Source of the DNA: Guillardia theta CCMP2712
Lineage: Eukaryota > Protista > Cryptophyta
Direction: 5' to 3'
DNA length: 64,000 nt
Assembly: GCF_000315625.1 (NCBI RefSeq)
Contig: NW_005434591.1
Span: 307,895-371,894 of the forward strand
The notes under the pieces are model-generated. The model saw nothing but the letters and a program-made list of their open reading frames with translations, made no database searches and had not been told where the DNA came from. A program made the translations under genes and the position numbers. Within the stretch, counting starts at the first letter, position 1, and each line of letters opens with the position of its first letter. Below, in pieces: positions 14,246 through 26,828 of this stretch.

Positions 14246-15189
14246 GGTCTGCATAAAACATCCATGGTTAATGATATTCACCAGTATTCCAAGTACATAT
14301 TCACACCAAACTGTGTATGTCCATCAAGACAACACAAGAATCTAACTAATTCAAGTACTGGATCGTTCGAGCGAATGAAGACAAATTCGGTCGCCTCTTG
14401 TGGATCTTCTCAAATATTGTGCATGTAAAATCACACCTAGTCCCCTTCCTCCAGTTGTAGAATCCACTATCTCAGTCTCACTGACTTGTTGACATGGAAC
14501 AATCGAGCTCAACTCTTGTTCTATCCTACTCCACCTTCTTCTTCTCTCCTCTCTTCTTCCTCTTCTCTTCTCTCCTTCTTCCTCTCCTCTCTCCTCTCTC
14601 TCCCTCCCCACACACACAGCCCATGTCGCATGCTCTCTTACATTCTCTTTCCCGCCAATTCGCTGCCCGACGCTTCTTATACCCTCACCCCCTCACCCTA
14701 CCCCTACTCTCGAACCCCCACCCCCAAAATTTGAACCCTACCCATATGTTTTTTACCCCACCTGTCAGAGGAGCACATCCGACAAATTACTACCGGTACT
14801 TGCTTTACACCCTACCCTGTATATAGAGAATTGTCCTCCCTCACCCATCAGAATACAACAATACAGACAGGTATGTCACCACTACTCTGCCTGCCCTACC
14901 CCTCATACATTTTCAATACCCACCCTAAAAACAGCATGCGGAATTTGCACACCCACCCTTTCACTTTCCCACTACCCTTCTGAATCAATGAATTTCACCC
15001 CCACCCCACATTGCCACCCCTACCCCTTTTCCCGCCTTGTGGACGGGCTGAGCCTGAAAGCTCCACAGCTCCACTTTTCTCCACCCCTGCAATCCGAGGG
15101 TCCTTCATGGACCCCACCCACAAACTTTCTATGTTTTCCTACGGTAATGGTAGGCTATTTGTACTACCCTACCCTATAACTTGTGGGAT

Positions 15190-15985
15190 CCGAGGGGCTC
15201 TGCCATGGCGGGAGGCGCCCAGCGCGGCGGGATCCGTAACGTCTGAGTTGCGGCGCGGGAGAAACCGTTACTGAGTCAGCCTGCCAGTCACAGTGACTAG
15301 CTGAGCCGAGTGCCCGGCCGGTCCGCCGAGTACCGTACCGTCGGCGGTGAGGGTACCGCACTGGTACGGCCCTAGTACTACGTACGGCGGTGGCTCGGAC
15401 CGGGCGTAGTCGTTCAGTGACTGCCACGGTGGCCGGCAGGGGGCCTGACTCGCCTCAGTGAGGCCCGCCGGGCGCCGGGCGCCGGCCGCTGAGTGACGGC
15501 GCCGGGACAGACCGTTGACTCGGACCCACGCCGGGTCCGATCGCCGGCCCCCCCGGCTCCGGCGGCCCGCCGCCCGGCGGCGCGGCGGCCGCGGCGGGCC
15601 CGGCCCCGTTTACCGTAGTACTTTCTGAGTCAGTGACTCAGAACTTGAAAGTTAACCCGGCCGCCGGGCCCCGCCCGGAAAAGTTCCGAAGTTCAACCGG
15701 TTCTATGCGTTCACGGCTCCGACGCCGGGAGCGCGGGCCCTGGCACCGCCGGGCCGGGCCGTCTGTCACCGGCCCGGGTCAACTCAGTTGACTTGAACAG
15801 TTCAACGGTTGACTCCGTTGACGCCCGGAGTCAGTGCCACTGACGGAAGTTGCTGAGGGGACTGAGCCTGGCCGGCCGGGCCAGGCTCTCAGGCCCGCCG
15901 CCCCGGGTCACCGGTCCGATCATCGCCCCGGGCCGGCCGGTTCAACGGTTCAACACGGTTTCAGTGCTGCCCTGGCAGGGCAACT
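15190..15985. repeat. GC-rich island built from short nested palindromes
   Basis: Examples: ttctgagtca-g-tgactcagaa, tcggaccc...gggtccga, gtcaac-tca-gttgac, gtcac-a-gtgac, gccac-g-gtggc. No credible ORF. Confidence 0.8.
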
Positions 15986-16599
15986 GAACCTGATAATAAG
16001 ATTCATGAGGCATTGAAATTTTACTATGTTTTCACCTATATAGATAATTGCTGTCCTCAGTGTATCCTGAGGGCAAAGGGATTTTGAACCTCCTCCCCTT
16101 TGTCCTCTTGGCTCCTCCACCTCCACCTCCTCCTCCACCTCCTGCCCGTCCTCCATCTCTCCTCCTGCTCGTCCTCCATCTCTCCTCCTACTTGTCCTCC
16201 TCCTTCTCTCTTTCTCCTCCTCCTCCTCCTCCATCTCCTTCCCTCGTCCTCCTCTTCTCTTGCCCTCCTTCCCTCCGTCTCCTTCTCACGTCCTCCTTCC
16301 CTTGTCCTCCTTCTGTCGTCCTCCTCCTTCACCACCACCACCACCTTGCTCTTCTCCTTTTCTCTCACACTACTACCTTCAACACTTTAACCGTCGACAC
16401 CATCATCTTTCCGTCATCCACCACCATTTTCTCTGCCGCCGCCACCACCTCCCCTGCTTGCCCCGCCTCCGCCTCCGCCTCCAGTTCTCCTCGTCTTGTT
16501 CCTCTTCTTGCCCTGGTCTAATACCTGGTCTGCCTGCCGCATTTCTTCCTCCAGCTACTCTTTCTCCTCCCCGACTTTTTTGTGTTGCGGCCATCGGAT

Positions 16600-19500
16600 T
16601 CCCTTGCTGGTTATCATGTTCGAGCACGTAGGGAGCTGTTGATTCCTTGTATGGACGAGGACGGAGGAGGCCGGAGTTGCGAGGCTGGTGATGAGAGGCT
16701 GGAGTGAGAGAAGATGAGAATGTCTCGACGCCACGTGGTGCAGATTCTGCAGGTGAGCTGCTGCTGAGTGAGCTTGTGGGGAGGACCTGACTGACGAAAC
16801 AAAGGGTCTGGTCTTGCTGTCCTTCCTTCTACTTGTGTCAGGTGAAGGATGTTGCATGTTCGCGTGAGATGTGAAGGGTCGACAAGGAGTCTTGTTGTAA
16901 CAGACTCATTTTGATCTCGCATGTCAATCTGATGTCTCAACCTGATACATCAATCTGATATCTCAATCTGATGTGTATTCGATCTCAAAGTGATATTCCA
17001 ATGGGATATTTCAATGTAACACCTGGTTCCAGCGGTTGATCGTCATGTGATCGTCGGCTTTGAAGCTCTGGGGACGGTAAGGAGGAGGACTAAACTTGTG
17101 TGGAAATCTGAACATGCCGTGAAGATCCATGTCTATCAAACTTTCAACTTCTCCCTCCTCGCCGGAAGCTTTCAGTCATTGTCAGCCGGCGCGTCGCTAC
17201 AAGTCAGCGTCAACGACAACATGTCAAGAGTCTTGTCGCTACTCCCGTTGTTGACATGGAGGTGAAGGCTGGGAGAAACCAACGTGAGGCTGTTGGACAG
17301 CTTCAAGCTCCAACTCCCTCAGGTACCCCCTGCTCCTGCTTCCGCTCCCGCTCCCGCTCCCGATCCCGCTCCTGCTCCTGCTCCTGCTCCTGCTCCTCGA
17401 TCCTGCTTCCCAATCCTTCCTCTCCCTCCTCCTCCTCCCTCACTTATCTTACTTCTTCTCCTCACCCCACTTACCTGTTGCGCCATGCTCCTGCTTCATG
17501 CGGCTTCCCCTGTGACGTGACTTGGTGTGACTCGCAGAACTCCTGGCCGTCTGATGTAGCAGAGAATCCGTTGCTCATGGTGAGACATGCTCTCTGACAT
17601 GCTGGGAGAGCTGACGCGTGCGGAAGGCCATCGACTCTGCCAGTTTACAGCAGATTCCTGCAGGATGCAAGCCGTTCGGACCTGTGAGGCTGAGAGGGGA
17701 GGAAAGGAGGAGGAAGCGAGGGGGGGCTGGGAAGGGGGAGGAGAGAGAAAGGGGGTATGGGGAGTATGCGAAGTGAGGGAAATAGGAGTTAGGGACAAGG
17801 AGGGAAGGGGAGTGGAGCGGAGAGGAGGGGCGGGGAGTGCTGGAAGTGACATGGCGCAGGTGTGGTTGATTTCTCCTGCTATTGGTCTGAAGGCTTCGGC
17901 TGTGGTCAACCTTCCACTCATCAAGTGAGTTTGTTCAAGGAGTGTCGGCACTGACCGTCTCATGCAGCTCGAGCTCACTCAATCTTCTCTTGGCGCCTTT
18001 CATGTATCCTCGACTTGTTCTTGTTCCGCACCTCCTCTTCCCTTCCCCTCTTTTCTTCCCTTCTCTTCCCTTCCCTCTCTTCTTCCCTCTCTTCTTCCCT
18101 TCCCTCCACCGTTCCCTTCTCCTCTTCCCTTCCCTTTCCTTCGTTTCCTTCCTTGTTCTCCCCCTCCTTGTCCCCAGCTTTCCTTCCTCGCTCGACTGAG
18201 AACGGACGTCAGGCTCTTGAATCGTTCCTCCGAATGGCAGAGGATCGGCGTGTGGCAGAATCAGGTTGCCCTCCAACCCCCCTCCTCTGAACTTGCTGTA
18301 CTCCTCCTCCTCTTCCTGCCGCTGCTGTTGCTCCTACACCTACTCCTACTCCTCCTCCTCCTCCTCCGCGTAATGCCTTCCATCCTCCAGTCATCCTCCG
18401 CCGTCTCTACGACTGCGGACGCTCTCGGAGTCTTTGGGGTGAATCTCCAGAGGGGTAGGAGGGAAGTTGACCCTCCTGCAGGTCTTCAGCATCGACTCTC
18501 AGGTCGTTATCAGCGCCAACCCTCAAGACTCGACCAGCAACTCGCAGGTTGGAAAAGTCCTGCCCTTTCCCCTCCTCCTCCTCCTCCTNNNNNNNNNNNN
18601 NNNNNNNNNNNNNNNNNNNNNNNNNNNNNNNNNNNNNNNNNNNNNNNNNNNNNNNNNNNNNNNNNNNNNNNNNNNNNNNNNNNNNNNNNNNNNNNNNNNN
18701 NNNNNNNNNNNNNNNNNNNNNNNNNNNNNNNNNNNNNNNNNNNNNNNNNNNNNNNNNNNNNNNNNNNNNNNNNNNNNNNNNNNNNNNNNNNNNNNNNNNN
18801 NNNNNNNNNNNNNNNNNNNNNNNNNNNNNNNNNNNNNNNNNNNNNNNNNNNNNNNNNNNNNNNNNNNNNNNNNNNNNNNNNNNNNNNNNNNNNNNNNNNN
18901 NNNNNNNNNNNNNNNNNNNNNNNNNNNNNNNNNNNNNNNNNNNNNNNNNNNNNNNNNNNNNNNNNNNNNNNNNNNNNNNNNNNNNNNNNNNNNNNNNNNN
19001 NNNNNNNNNNNNNNNNNNNNNNNNNNNNNNNNNNNNNNNNNNNNNNNNNNNNNNNNNNNNNNNNNNNNNNNNNNNNNNNNNNNNNNNNNNNNNNNNNNNN
19101 NNNNNNNNNNNNNNNNNNNNNNNNNNNNNNNNNNNNNNNNNNNNNNNNNNNNNNNNNNNNNNNNNNNNNNNNNNNNNNNNNNNNNNNNNNNNNNNNNNNN
19201 NNNNGAGTCTTCTGATGATGAGAAGAAGGCTGAGGGATCGAGCGACACGTCGGAATCCTATCGACAATCCGAGGAGGAAGAGGAAGACGACGAGGAGAGG
19301 AAGACAGACAGTGCGGAGAGAGTGATGAAGGACAAGAGAAAGAAGGAGGAACAGGAGCAGGAGGAGGAGGAGGACAGGAAGGGGAGGAATGATGATAGTG
19401 ATGATAAGGAGGAGGAGGAGGAGGAGGATGGGTGGGTTAACGATCAAAGCAAGGATCAGAAAGCTTCAGCATCGCAGAGGTGAAGTGGCTGGTGGACTTG

Positions 19501-20280
19501 ACGTTGACGGCTGACGTGACCACAGGAGTGAATCCGACGACTCGTCCTCTCCTCCCTCCACTGACCGAGTCTCGTCTCGTCGTTCACTTGAGGGAGAGAA
19601 GGAGGAGGAGGGGGAGAAGGAGAAGGGAGAGGAAGGAGGAGGGGGCAAGAGAGAGGGAGACAGCAATGGCAGCCCTGCGGTCTCGGCTGAGGGCGAGAGG
19701 AGGGGAGAGGGAGGAGGAGGGCTCGACTCCTCCTTCAAGTAAGTTCTCCTCCTCTGATCCGATGACGGCTGCTGATACCTGCCTCTCAGCGAGTCCTCCC
19801 TGCTGGAACCAGCCGCTGTCAACATGGTGAGGATGGAGGAGGAGGAGACGGTGGCAGGAGGAGATGGAAGTTGGGCAGTGGGAGAAGAGAAAAGGGGAGG
19901 GGAGGGGGCGAGGAGGAGAGAACGGGAGGCTGATGGGGTCGCAGACTCGTCAGCCGTCTCCTCACACCCTGGAGATCGAGTCAACGTTGACTCGCCTGCG
20001 GAAGACCCGCGAGTCGGCGCTCAACTTTCAGAGCAGGACGCGGCAGGACCTCTCAAGGGCGCATCAAGGTAGGGCAGAAGTGCTTGCCCGGCTCTCATGA
20101 CGTGCTGTTAGGACATCTCGGTAGATGATGGAGATGTGATGGCTATCTTGGAGGTTTGGTGAGATTGTAATTTAGAGTCAGAGACTTTAAGTTCTCGATC
20201 TGATTGAAGATTTCTTAACTTTTTACATGTCGCCTGGTGTTGTTACAGGGTGCTAATCGATCTTGATGATGTCTTCTTTT
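16600..20280 (+). CDS. Multi-exon hypothetical protein with acidic/Ser-rich C-terminal part; boundaries approximate
   Basis: Coding-like blocks between GT-AG introns, and an acidic exon at 19205-19479 (ESSDDEKKAE...). Interrupted by an assembly gap. Confidence 0.4.
18589..19204. other. Assembly gap (N run)
   Basis: Run of N. Confidence 1.
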
Positions 20281-20334
20281 GTTTGTTTCTCATCCTTATC
20301 TCTTCACTTCTCGTTCTGATTCACTTGTTGCTTT

Positions 20335-20412
20335 CCTTTCTTCACATCTTGTCTTCATTTCTTCACATCTTGTCTTCATTTCTTCACATCTTGTCTTCAT
20401 TTCTTCACATCT
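20335..20412. repeat. 21-bp tandem repeat, ~3.5 copies
   Basis: (ttcttcacatcttgtcttcat)n between convergent gene ends. Confidence 0.85.
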
Positions 20413-20436
20413 CAACACATTTCTTTACATCTGTTG

Positions 20437-23400
20437 TCAAGTCTTGCAGAACTCCTCGCACATGTCTGAGCATGAAGAGTTTGTCGTTTCAACGGGAGTA
20501 GGACATCTTGCCGAGCAGCATTCCATGCAGCTTCTATTGTCCCGCTGCTGCTCCTTCTCGCACTCATCGACGAAGGCTGGAGCGTCCACCAGCACGAACC
20601 CCAGCTCTGACGTAGCTGACTCGTTCCTCCCTCCTCCTCCTCCGCACTGCGTGACGAGTGAGATGGTCGTGAATCGTCGGAGCATGACGGGGAGGAGGCA
20701 GAGTAGCATGTGATCTGATACGATCGAGCTGTTGGCGCACTCCAGCCTCCTGTGAGCATCGATGGCGATGCTGAAGGGGAGCGGGGAGGAGGAGAAGCCT
20801 TGCCCGAGAAGAGTCAGAGTCTGTCCTCCTTTGCAGGACGGCCTGGAAGGCGTCAGGTGGAGGAGAGCAGGAGCGTACAGGTAGCGCTTCCTGAACGTCC
20901 TCGACAGTCCGTCGATGCTGATGCTCACATCCGCTAACCCGATCTCCCCAGCAGGAGCCCGGCAGGTCAGGATGGTCTCCCCCGACGCCCTGACTTGCTT
21001 CACCTCCACCTGAACACACGCCTTCCCTCCCACCTCCACCCGAATGTTCTCCTGCTCCCCGTCCAAGTTCTTCCCGAAGATGCTGATCTCCTGTCCTCGT
21101 CCTCCCATGGCAGCGCAAGGCCTCACCTTGCTGAGGATCGGGACTGCCCCTGACCCCGACGAGCCGCGGAGGACGGCGAGCGCCAGGTCCCCGTCCCTTC
21201 CCTTCCTCGCCGCTCCCTCCGCGCTGTCCCATCGGAGGGAGAACCGGGAGGAGAGGTAGTTTCCCACCAGGTCCACGTCTCTTGGCCGCAGGCATCCCAT
21301 GTAGTCCTTGCTGGCTGCTGTCCCCGACGAGCATCGGTACAGCAGCATCTCCAGCACCTCCCCCTGCCACCCCCTCCTCCCTGCCGCAGCCCCTCCCTCC
21401 TCCACCTGCTCCCCAGCAGCGCCCAGGAACAAGTTCGACAGGACGAGGTCTGACAAGTTCCTGCTGGGCACCTGCAGGACGAGGTTCTGGGGCCGAAGCC
21501 CACCGACGTACTTGTAGTAGAAGCCCCTGCTGCCGTCCAGCACCTGCACCTCCACTTGCCAGCTCTCCCCCACCGTCACCTCCTGCTCCCACGGGTCAGC
21601 GATAGCTCGCGTGCTCACCAGCCCCTACCGACGACACGACGGCCCTCACGCACCGGTCGAGGTTCCCGGGCGTCGAGCCGTCCAGCTCGACTCCAGCTCC
21701 CGAGCTCTCCGTCAGGCACTTGCAGCTTCCCTTCCTCGCGACAAGCTGGGGAGCAGCTGAGTATCCGAACCCGGAGTCAACCACCTTCACGTGCGAGCTG
21801 GCGGTCACAGAGGAGGAGAGGAGGAGGAGGCGCATGCCCTGCCCGTGCCCCCCGACCCCGAACAGCTCCTCCCCCTCCCGGCATCCCACCAGCCGCCCAG
21901 GCCCCACGTCGACGCCGACGACGCGGGTGACGGACTGCTGGGACGTCACGCGGCGATGGGAGGAGAGGGAGAGGAGGAGGAGGCGAGCTGAGGTGCCGAC
22001 CAGCCTCGCTCCATGCGCGATCTTGGGGACCATGACAGCTTCTCTAAGGGAAGAGCCGCAGGAGAGGGAGGGAGGGTGCTGGAACGAGTAGCCCTTCCCG
22101 TGATCCAGGATGCGAACGCTTGCGACGGCTCCGTCGTCGTCAACCTCACAGGTCGCCTCCAGCCCCTTCCCCGTGCAAGGAGCCTCGCACACAATCCTCA
22201 TCCTCCCTTGCGCGTGTCCCATCCCTCCGTCCACAACCTCGACGGACGTGACTGTACCTTCCATCTTCCTCTCGCTGCCCTCGTAGACAATCTCCACCTC
22301 CACCGCCTCGTCGCATCCCCTCCCGTGCGACTTGGCGTCCAAGAAGAAAACCTCAACCACCTTCCCCTGGTCGTTCACCCGCGTCCTCCCCGCCAGCCCT
22401 TCCCCCCTCGACCCCTCCACCAGCCTCACCTCTCCCTCCACGTAGTTGACCCCTCCCTCCACCACCTCCATCGTCGTCACGCTCCCGAGCTGCGAGGTCG
22501 TGGAGCACTCGGAGACGTCGATCGTTCTTCCCCCACAGTCAGGCGGGTAGCGGATGGCGAGCTCGAGGTTCCGGTCAGTCGTCAGCGCCTCCTCCTCCAC
22601 CACCTCGACGCTCGCGATGCCTCCGCCCTCGTTGCACGAGTAGCTTCCTCTCACTCCCGCGGCAGTCAGGAAGGAGCCCGAGGGGAGGAAGCCCTCTCCT
22701 GCCCTCACCACCTCCACCCGCCGCATGGAGGGGTCTGACATGCTGACCTCGTGATAGAGCGCGAGCTGAGAGCCGTTGGCGGGCGACATGGTGGCGTCAA
22801 TGCCGGCATGCAGGAAGTCGACTGTGCGGGAGGAGGCGCTGAAGGAGAGCAGGGAGCTGGGCTCGTAGATGAAGTAGGAGTCGACCCCAGGTGTGACGTC
22901 GGCCGAAAGTTGCTGGTCGAGAGTTGCCAGTCTACCGTTGACGAGGCTGCTGTGAGGAGAGGCCCCGTAGTGAGAGACGCGACGAGTCTCGCCGTTGATG
23001 AGGAGCGTCTTGCCGGCGATGCTGCCAGCGAGTAGAGGAGAGGACGCGCTCAGAGTCAGGTAGCGCCTCCCGTGCGACACCGTCCGGATCACGAACTGAC
23101 GGCCCTGCACGCTTGTCTCCTCGGGAAGACTTTGATTCAGTGTGACCGTCCCGTCCTCCTGCTGCTCTGTCACGGTTCTTGCGATGCGCTCGCCTCCTCC
23201 CAGCAAGATCTCCAGCACCATCCCGTTCAGCTCGTCTCCTCGCAACTTCTTCTCGAGCTGCAGCTTTAAGGTTGTGCTTCCCGCTTCCTCCTGCTGCAGG
23301 GTTCCTCGCAGCACTGTCTCGTGCTCTAGCACTCCCCTCGTCACTGGAGGGCGAGAGGGTTTGGTGACAGCAAAGAGGCAGAAGCTCGAGCGAGCATCGT

Positions 23401-24709
23401 CGGCGATGTCGTTGGCGTCAGAGGACGGCAGCTGCGTCTGCTCTCTGCTCCTCCTCCCTTCCTCCCATGGCTCATCCCCAACTTTGACGTCTCGCCTTCT
23501 CCTGTCGGCCTCCGAGAAATTCAGGAGGAAGCAGGAGGAGCTACCGGACATAGCGACGGAGAGCAGGAGGGAGTCTGGTCGCAGCAGAGAGTTGTTCGAC
23601 ACGAGCAACGTTGGCGGCTCCTCGAGCGTCCTGAACCGAGTTGACTCGTCCACCGGCCGGGAAACTTCCTCTACTATCGCCCAGCCCTCCTCTTCGTAGT
23701 GCACTACACGGCTCTCTTCCCAGTACCCCTCCCTCTCGAAGCTGATCCCTCGCCCCAGCACCTCCTCCTGCGTCCTCGCGCCGGGCTGGTGGATCTGAAC
23801 CCGGAAGCGAGAGGTGACGTTAGGAGCACGGAGCACTCGCCCTGCAGAGGAGGGAAAGCTCAGGACCCGAGCTGCCGTCACAGTGAAAATCTTGTACGTC
23901 TCCTCCTGCTCGATCTCAAACTCGAAGGCCGAGGACAGGGAGAGTTTGTGCTCGCTCCTGCTGTACCTCACGATCGGTCGAGTGCTCTCTCGGACCTGCA
24001 CACTCAACCCTACCAGGCTCTCCTCCTTCACCGGCAGACGTTCGCGAAGGATGAGATCGACTTGAGCCATGGCACTTGCTATCCTCCCAGCGAACAAGAC
24101 ATGGTAGGAAGCGCTTGTCCACTGCTTCAAGACTTGTTTCTCGGACACGGAGAACTCGCTATCAGAGGGCTTGTTCTTGTACTTGTTCTTTGACTTGTTC
24201 TTTGACTTGTTCCGATGGAATAAGTTGAATCTCTCGGTGATGGAGTATCCGTGCATGATCTTGTATCGAGTCACGTTGGCTTGCAGAGCTTCTGCAGCGA
24301 GGAAGGGCGAGTCGACCCAGACCTCTGCATCCCCGTCGTCCTGTACCTGCCGCTGACTCAGTCCCAGACCTCTAGCACAAGCGCTTCTCACATCCCCATC
24401 GCCATTGGCGTCACCTGTGTAGGCGGTTATGACCCTGCTCTCCCCTCCGATGATGATGGTGGCGCCCAGGTAAGCGTTCACGCTCCTCTCTGCCCTGCTG
24501 TCGAGCACGAGGCTCGTGGGCGATCGGATCCAAAGGATTTTCCCGCTTACAACCTGCATGGAGGGAGAAGGCTTGAGCCAGGCGGCGAGAGAGCAGGAGA
24601 CGGAAGCATCGTAGAAGTCTCTCCTCGGGTCTCCATACTCCGTCATGATGCCCGCGCGGCTCCATGGCACGAGCAGCGCGAGCAGCGCGAGGGAGCGCCA
24701 TGAAAGCAT
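20437..24709 (-). CDS. Large secreted protein: LamG/ConA-like elements, beta-rich repeats and two C-terminal IPT/TIG domains
   Basis: Signal peptide MLSWRSLALLALLVPWSRAG. ORFs 21596-24736 and 20437-21618 can be joined by one ~46-nt GT-AG intron near 21583-21628. IPT-like GGRGQEISIFGKNL and GGQTLTLLGQGF. LamG-like tail GEVLEMLLY...VGNYLSSRFSL. Confidence 0.8.
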
Positions 24710-24867
24710 CCGGATCCGAAGGATGGAAGAATTCAACGACTCGTCAAACTAGTCAAAATCGAGTATGTGGGAGAGAGGGAGAGGGGGAGGGCCAGGGGTA
24801 CCTATGCGAGAGGAGAGGGTCGTGGGAAGGGCAGAAACAGGACGAGAGAAGGACTAGAACAGACAGA

Positions 24868-25060
24868 TGGGATAGAGAGAGAGGAGGATAGAGAGAGAGG
24901 AGGATAGAGAGAGAGGAGGATAGAGAGAGAGGAGGATAGAGAGAGAGGAGGATAGAGAGAGAGGAGGATAGAGAGAAGGAGAGGATAGAGAGAGAGGAGG
25001 ATAGAGAGAGAGGAGGATAGAGAGAGAGGAGGATAGAGAGAAGGAGAGGATAGAGAGAAG
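24868..25060. repeat. GA-rich minisatellite (gatagagagagaggag)n
   Basis: Directly visible tandem units. Confidence 0.9.
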
Positions 25061-25405
25061 GGAGGGGGGGGGGCTGGGGGGATTGAGAGTTGGAGATAGA
25101 AGGTGCAGTGAAGAGGGCAGAGCTTGCAAGAAATCTTGAATGGATGGAGAGATGATGGAATTTCAACACTGAGACTTTCTTGAATGTTCATTACTCTGTC
25201 GCTATTTCAACAGGGGAAAAGTACACGTGGGACGCTGAGGTAGCCTCATTATGACAAGAGGAGCAGACCCGGATTGAGAAAGGAGGAGATCAAGTATCCC
25301 ATGTGAACACCCTCGCTCTTTTCTCGTCTCTCCCTCACGTCTTCACTTGCAACATCGTCCATGATTGTATTAGAAGCCGCTATCGCGCCATCAAGGGATT
25401 TCGTT

Positions 25406-26828
25406 TCACTTGCCTCCTCGCAAAGCTGCCAGTCGTCGTTCCAGTTCGTCCAAGGGCGGAGGGTCTTCTGTAGTTGACCCACCTGAGAGAGGATCAGGTA
25501 AGAAACAAACAGCAGGCGCGTCATGCTTGCCTTCTGTCTCGTCCAGATCAGGAGCGGACGGAGAGAAGGTCGGGGGCACGATCTGTCCCTTCACATGCTG
25601 CTTCGGATCCGGATCGCAATGGTGCTGGCAGGGCTGGTCGTAGGGAGGAGGAGGAGGAGGAGGAAGGCCCGGCTCTGCCTCTTTGGCCATCCCGTGACCG
25701 CAATGTGTACAAACGCCTCCGGCGGTTTGAGTATTGGGTGGAGGCCTGGACTGATTCCATCCATCCACCGCAGCTTTCACGTTCCCCTCCTCCCCGGATG
25801 CCCCACCGCTGACCTCATCGGCAGAGGGCACTGACGGCACGTACCCTTGAACCTGGAGGGGCGAGAAGACGGCAGGACATGTAAGTAAGGTGTTGAGTGA
25901 GCAGGTAGATCACAAGATAACCTCGAGCGGCAGCGATTCGTCGGTCCAGTTGATGTTGTACTGCTTCGCCACGGAAGAGAGAACATTGCTGAAGGAGCAG
26001 CCACACGATCATGATGGTCAGTGATGATCCCTTGCAGTACAAGCGAGCAGTACCTGACTTCTTGCTCTGTGGGACGTTTGTAACTCAAAAGATGTACGAT
26101 TCGAATGTTTCGCCCTTCATTCTGAGGATCATCCACCTAGCATGGGGTCACACCAGTGCAATCGCGCATGTTGTGGTTGATGACCACCTTCATGGCCTCT
26201 TCGATTGCTTTGCGTCCGTATCTTGAAATGAATTGTTCCTTGACTTTTATCAATTCCTTGACATCCTCTCCAAGCCTGCAAATTAGAAGGAAAGGTTAAC
26301 ATCACGAGATTTCAAGTAGGAGCATCGATCTCTTGCCTTGGTGCCGCCCATATGAGTGTGAGAACCATTTCTTTGACGTCATCAGAAAGGCTTTTGAGCC
26401 ATTCAGTTCGAGCAGGAGATAAAGCTTTCAACACTCACTGCTTTTCGCTCTCAACTAGTTGAAACCTCGCAAGCAACAGTTCACACTGCGACATCAGCCT
26501 ATCCAAACCATCCGCATAAGCCTCTTCCCGCACAACCTAGAGAAAATTCACGTTCTGACCACTTTGGGTCAAAGATTTGCAGAAGGTTTACATTCTCCGC
26601 TTGAATACGTGCTTGCTCTTCTTTGTTTTGAAGCAGCAGATCTTTTATTCTTCGTTTAGCTCCGTCAATGTATTGCAGCTTCTTGTTCCGCACAAGCCTT
26701 TCGACACAAAGTCAAGAGCAGACACGCATGGATGATCGTCAATCAACTCACTGCATGCGCTGTATGGACAACTTGATGTTCGCTTTTGTTTTGGACTTGT
26801 CGAACCCGGAAAACAGAGAACCAATCAT
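25406..26828 (-). CDS. IST1: IST1 homolog (ESCRT-III-associated regulator of Vps4)
   Basis: MIGSLFSGFDKSKTKANIKLSIQRM...RNKK...EEQARIQAENV...LIWAAPR, a proline-rich linker, and a C-terminal MIM1-like LDELERRLAALRGGK*. Confidence 0.85.

Noticed and set aside
15190-15985. rRNA/ITS or tRNA assignment for the GC-rich island
   Set aside because: No conserved rRNA motifs or cloverleaf recognised; no RNA gene could be supported anywhere in the window by eye.
17962-19483. Long ORFs spanning X runs
   Set aside because: These are artefacts of reading through the N gap.
21583-21628. Frameshift between the 1046-aa and 393-aa ORFs
   Set aside because: A ~46-nt GT-AG intron of typical size restores the frame.
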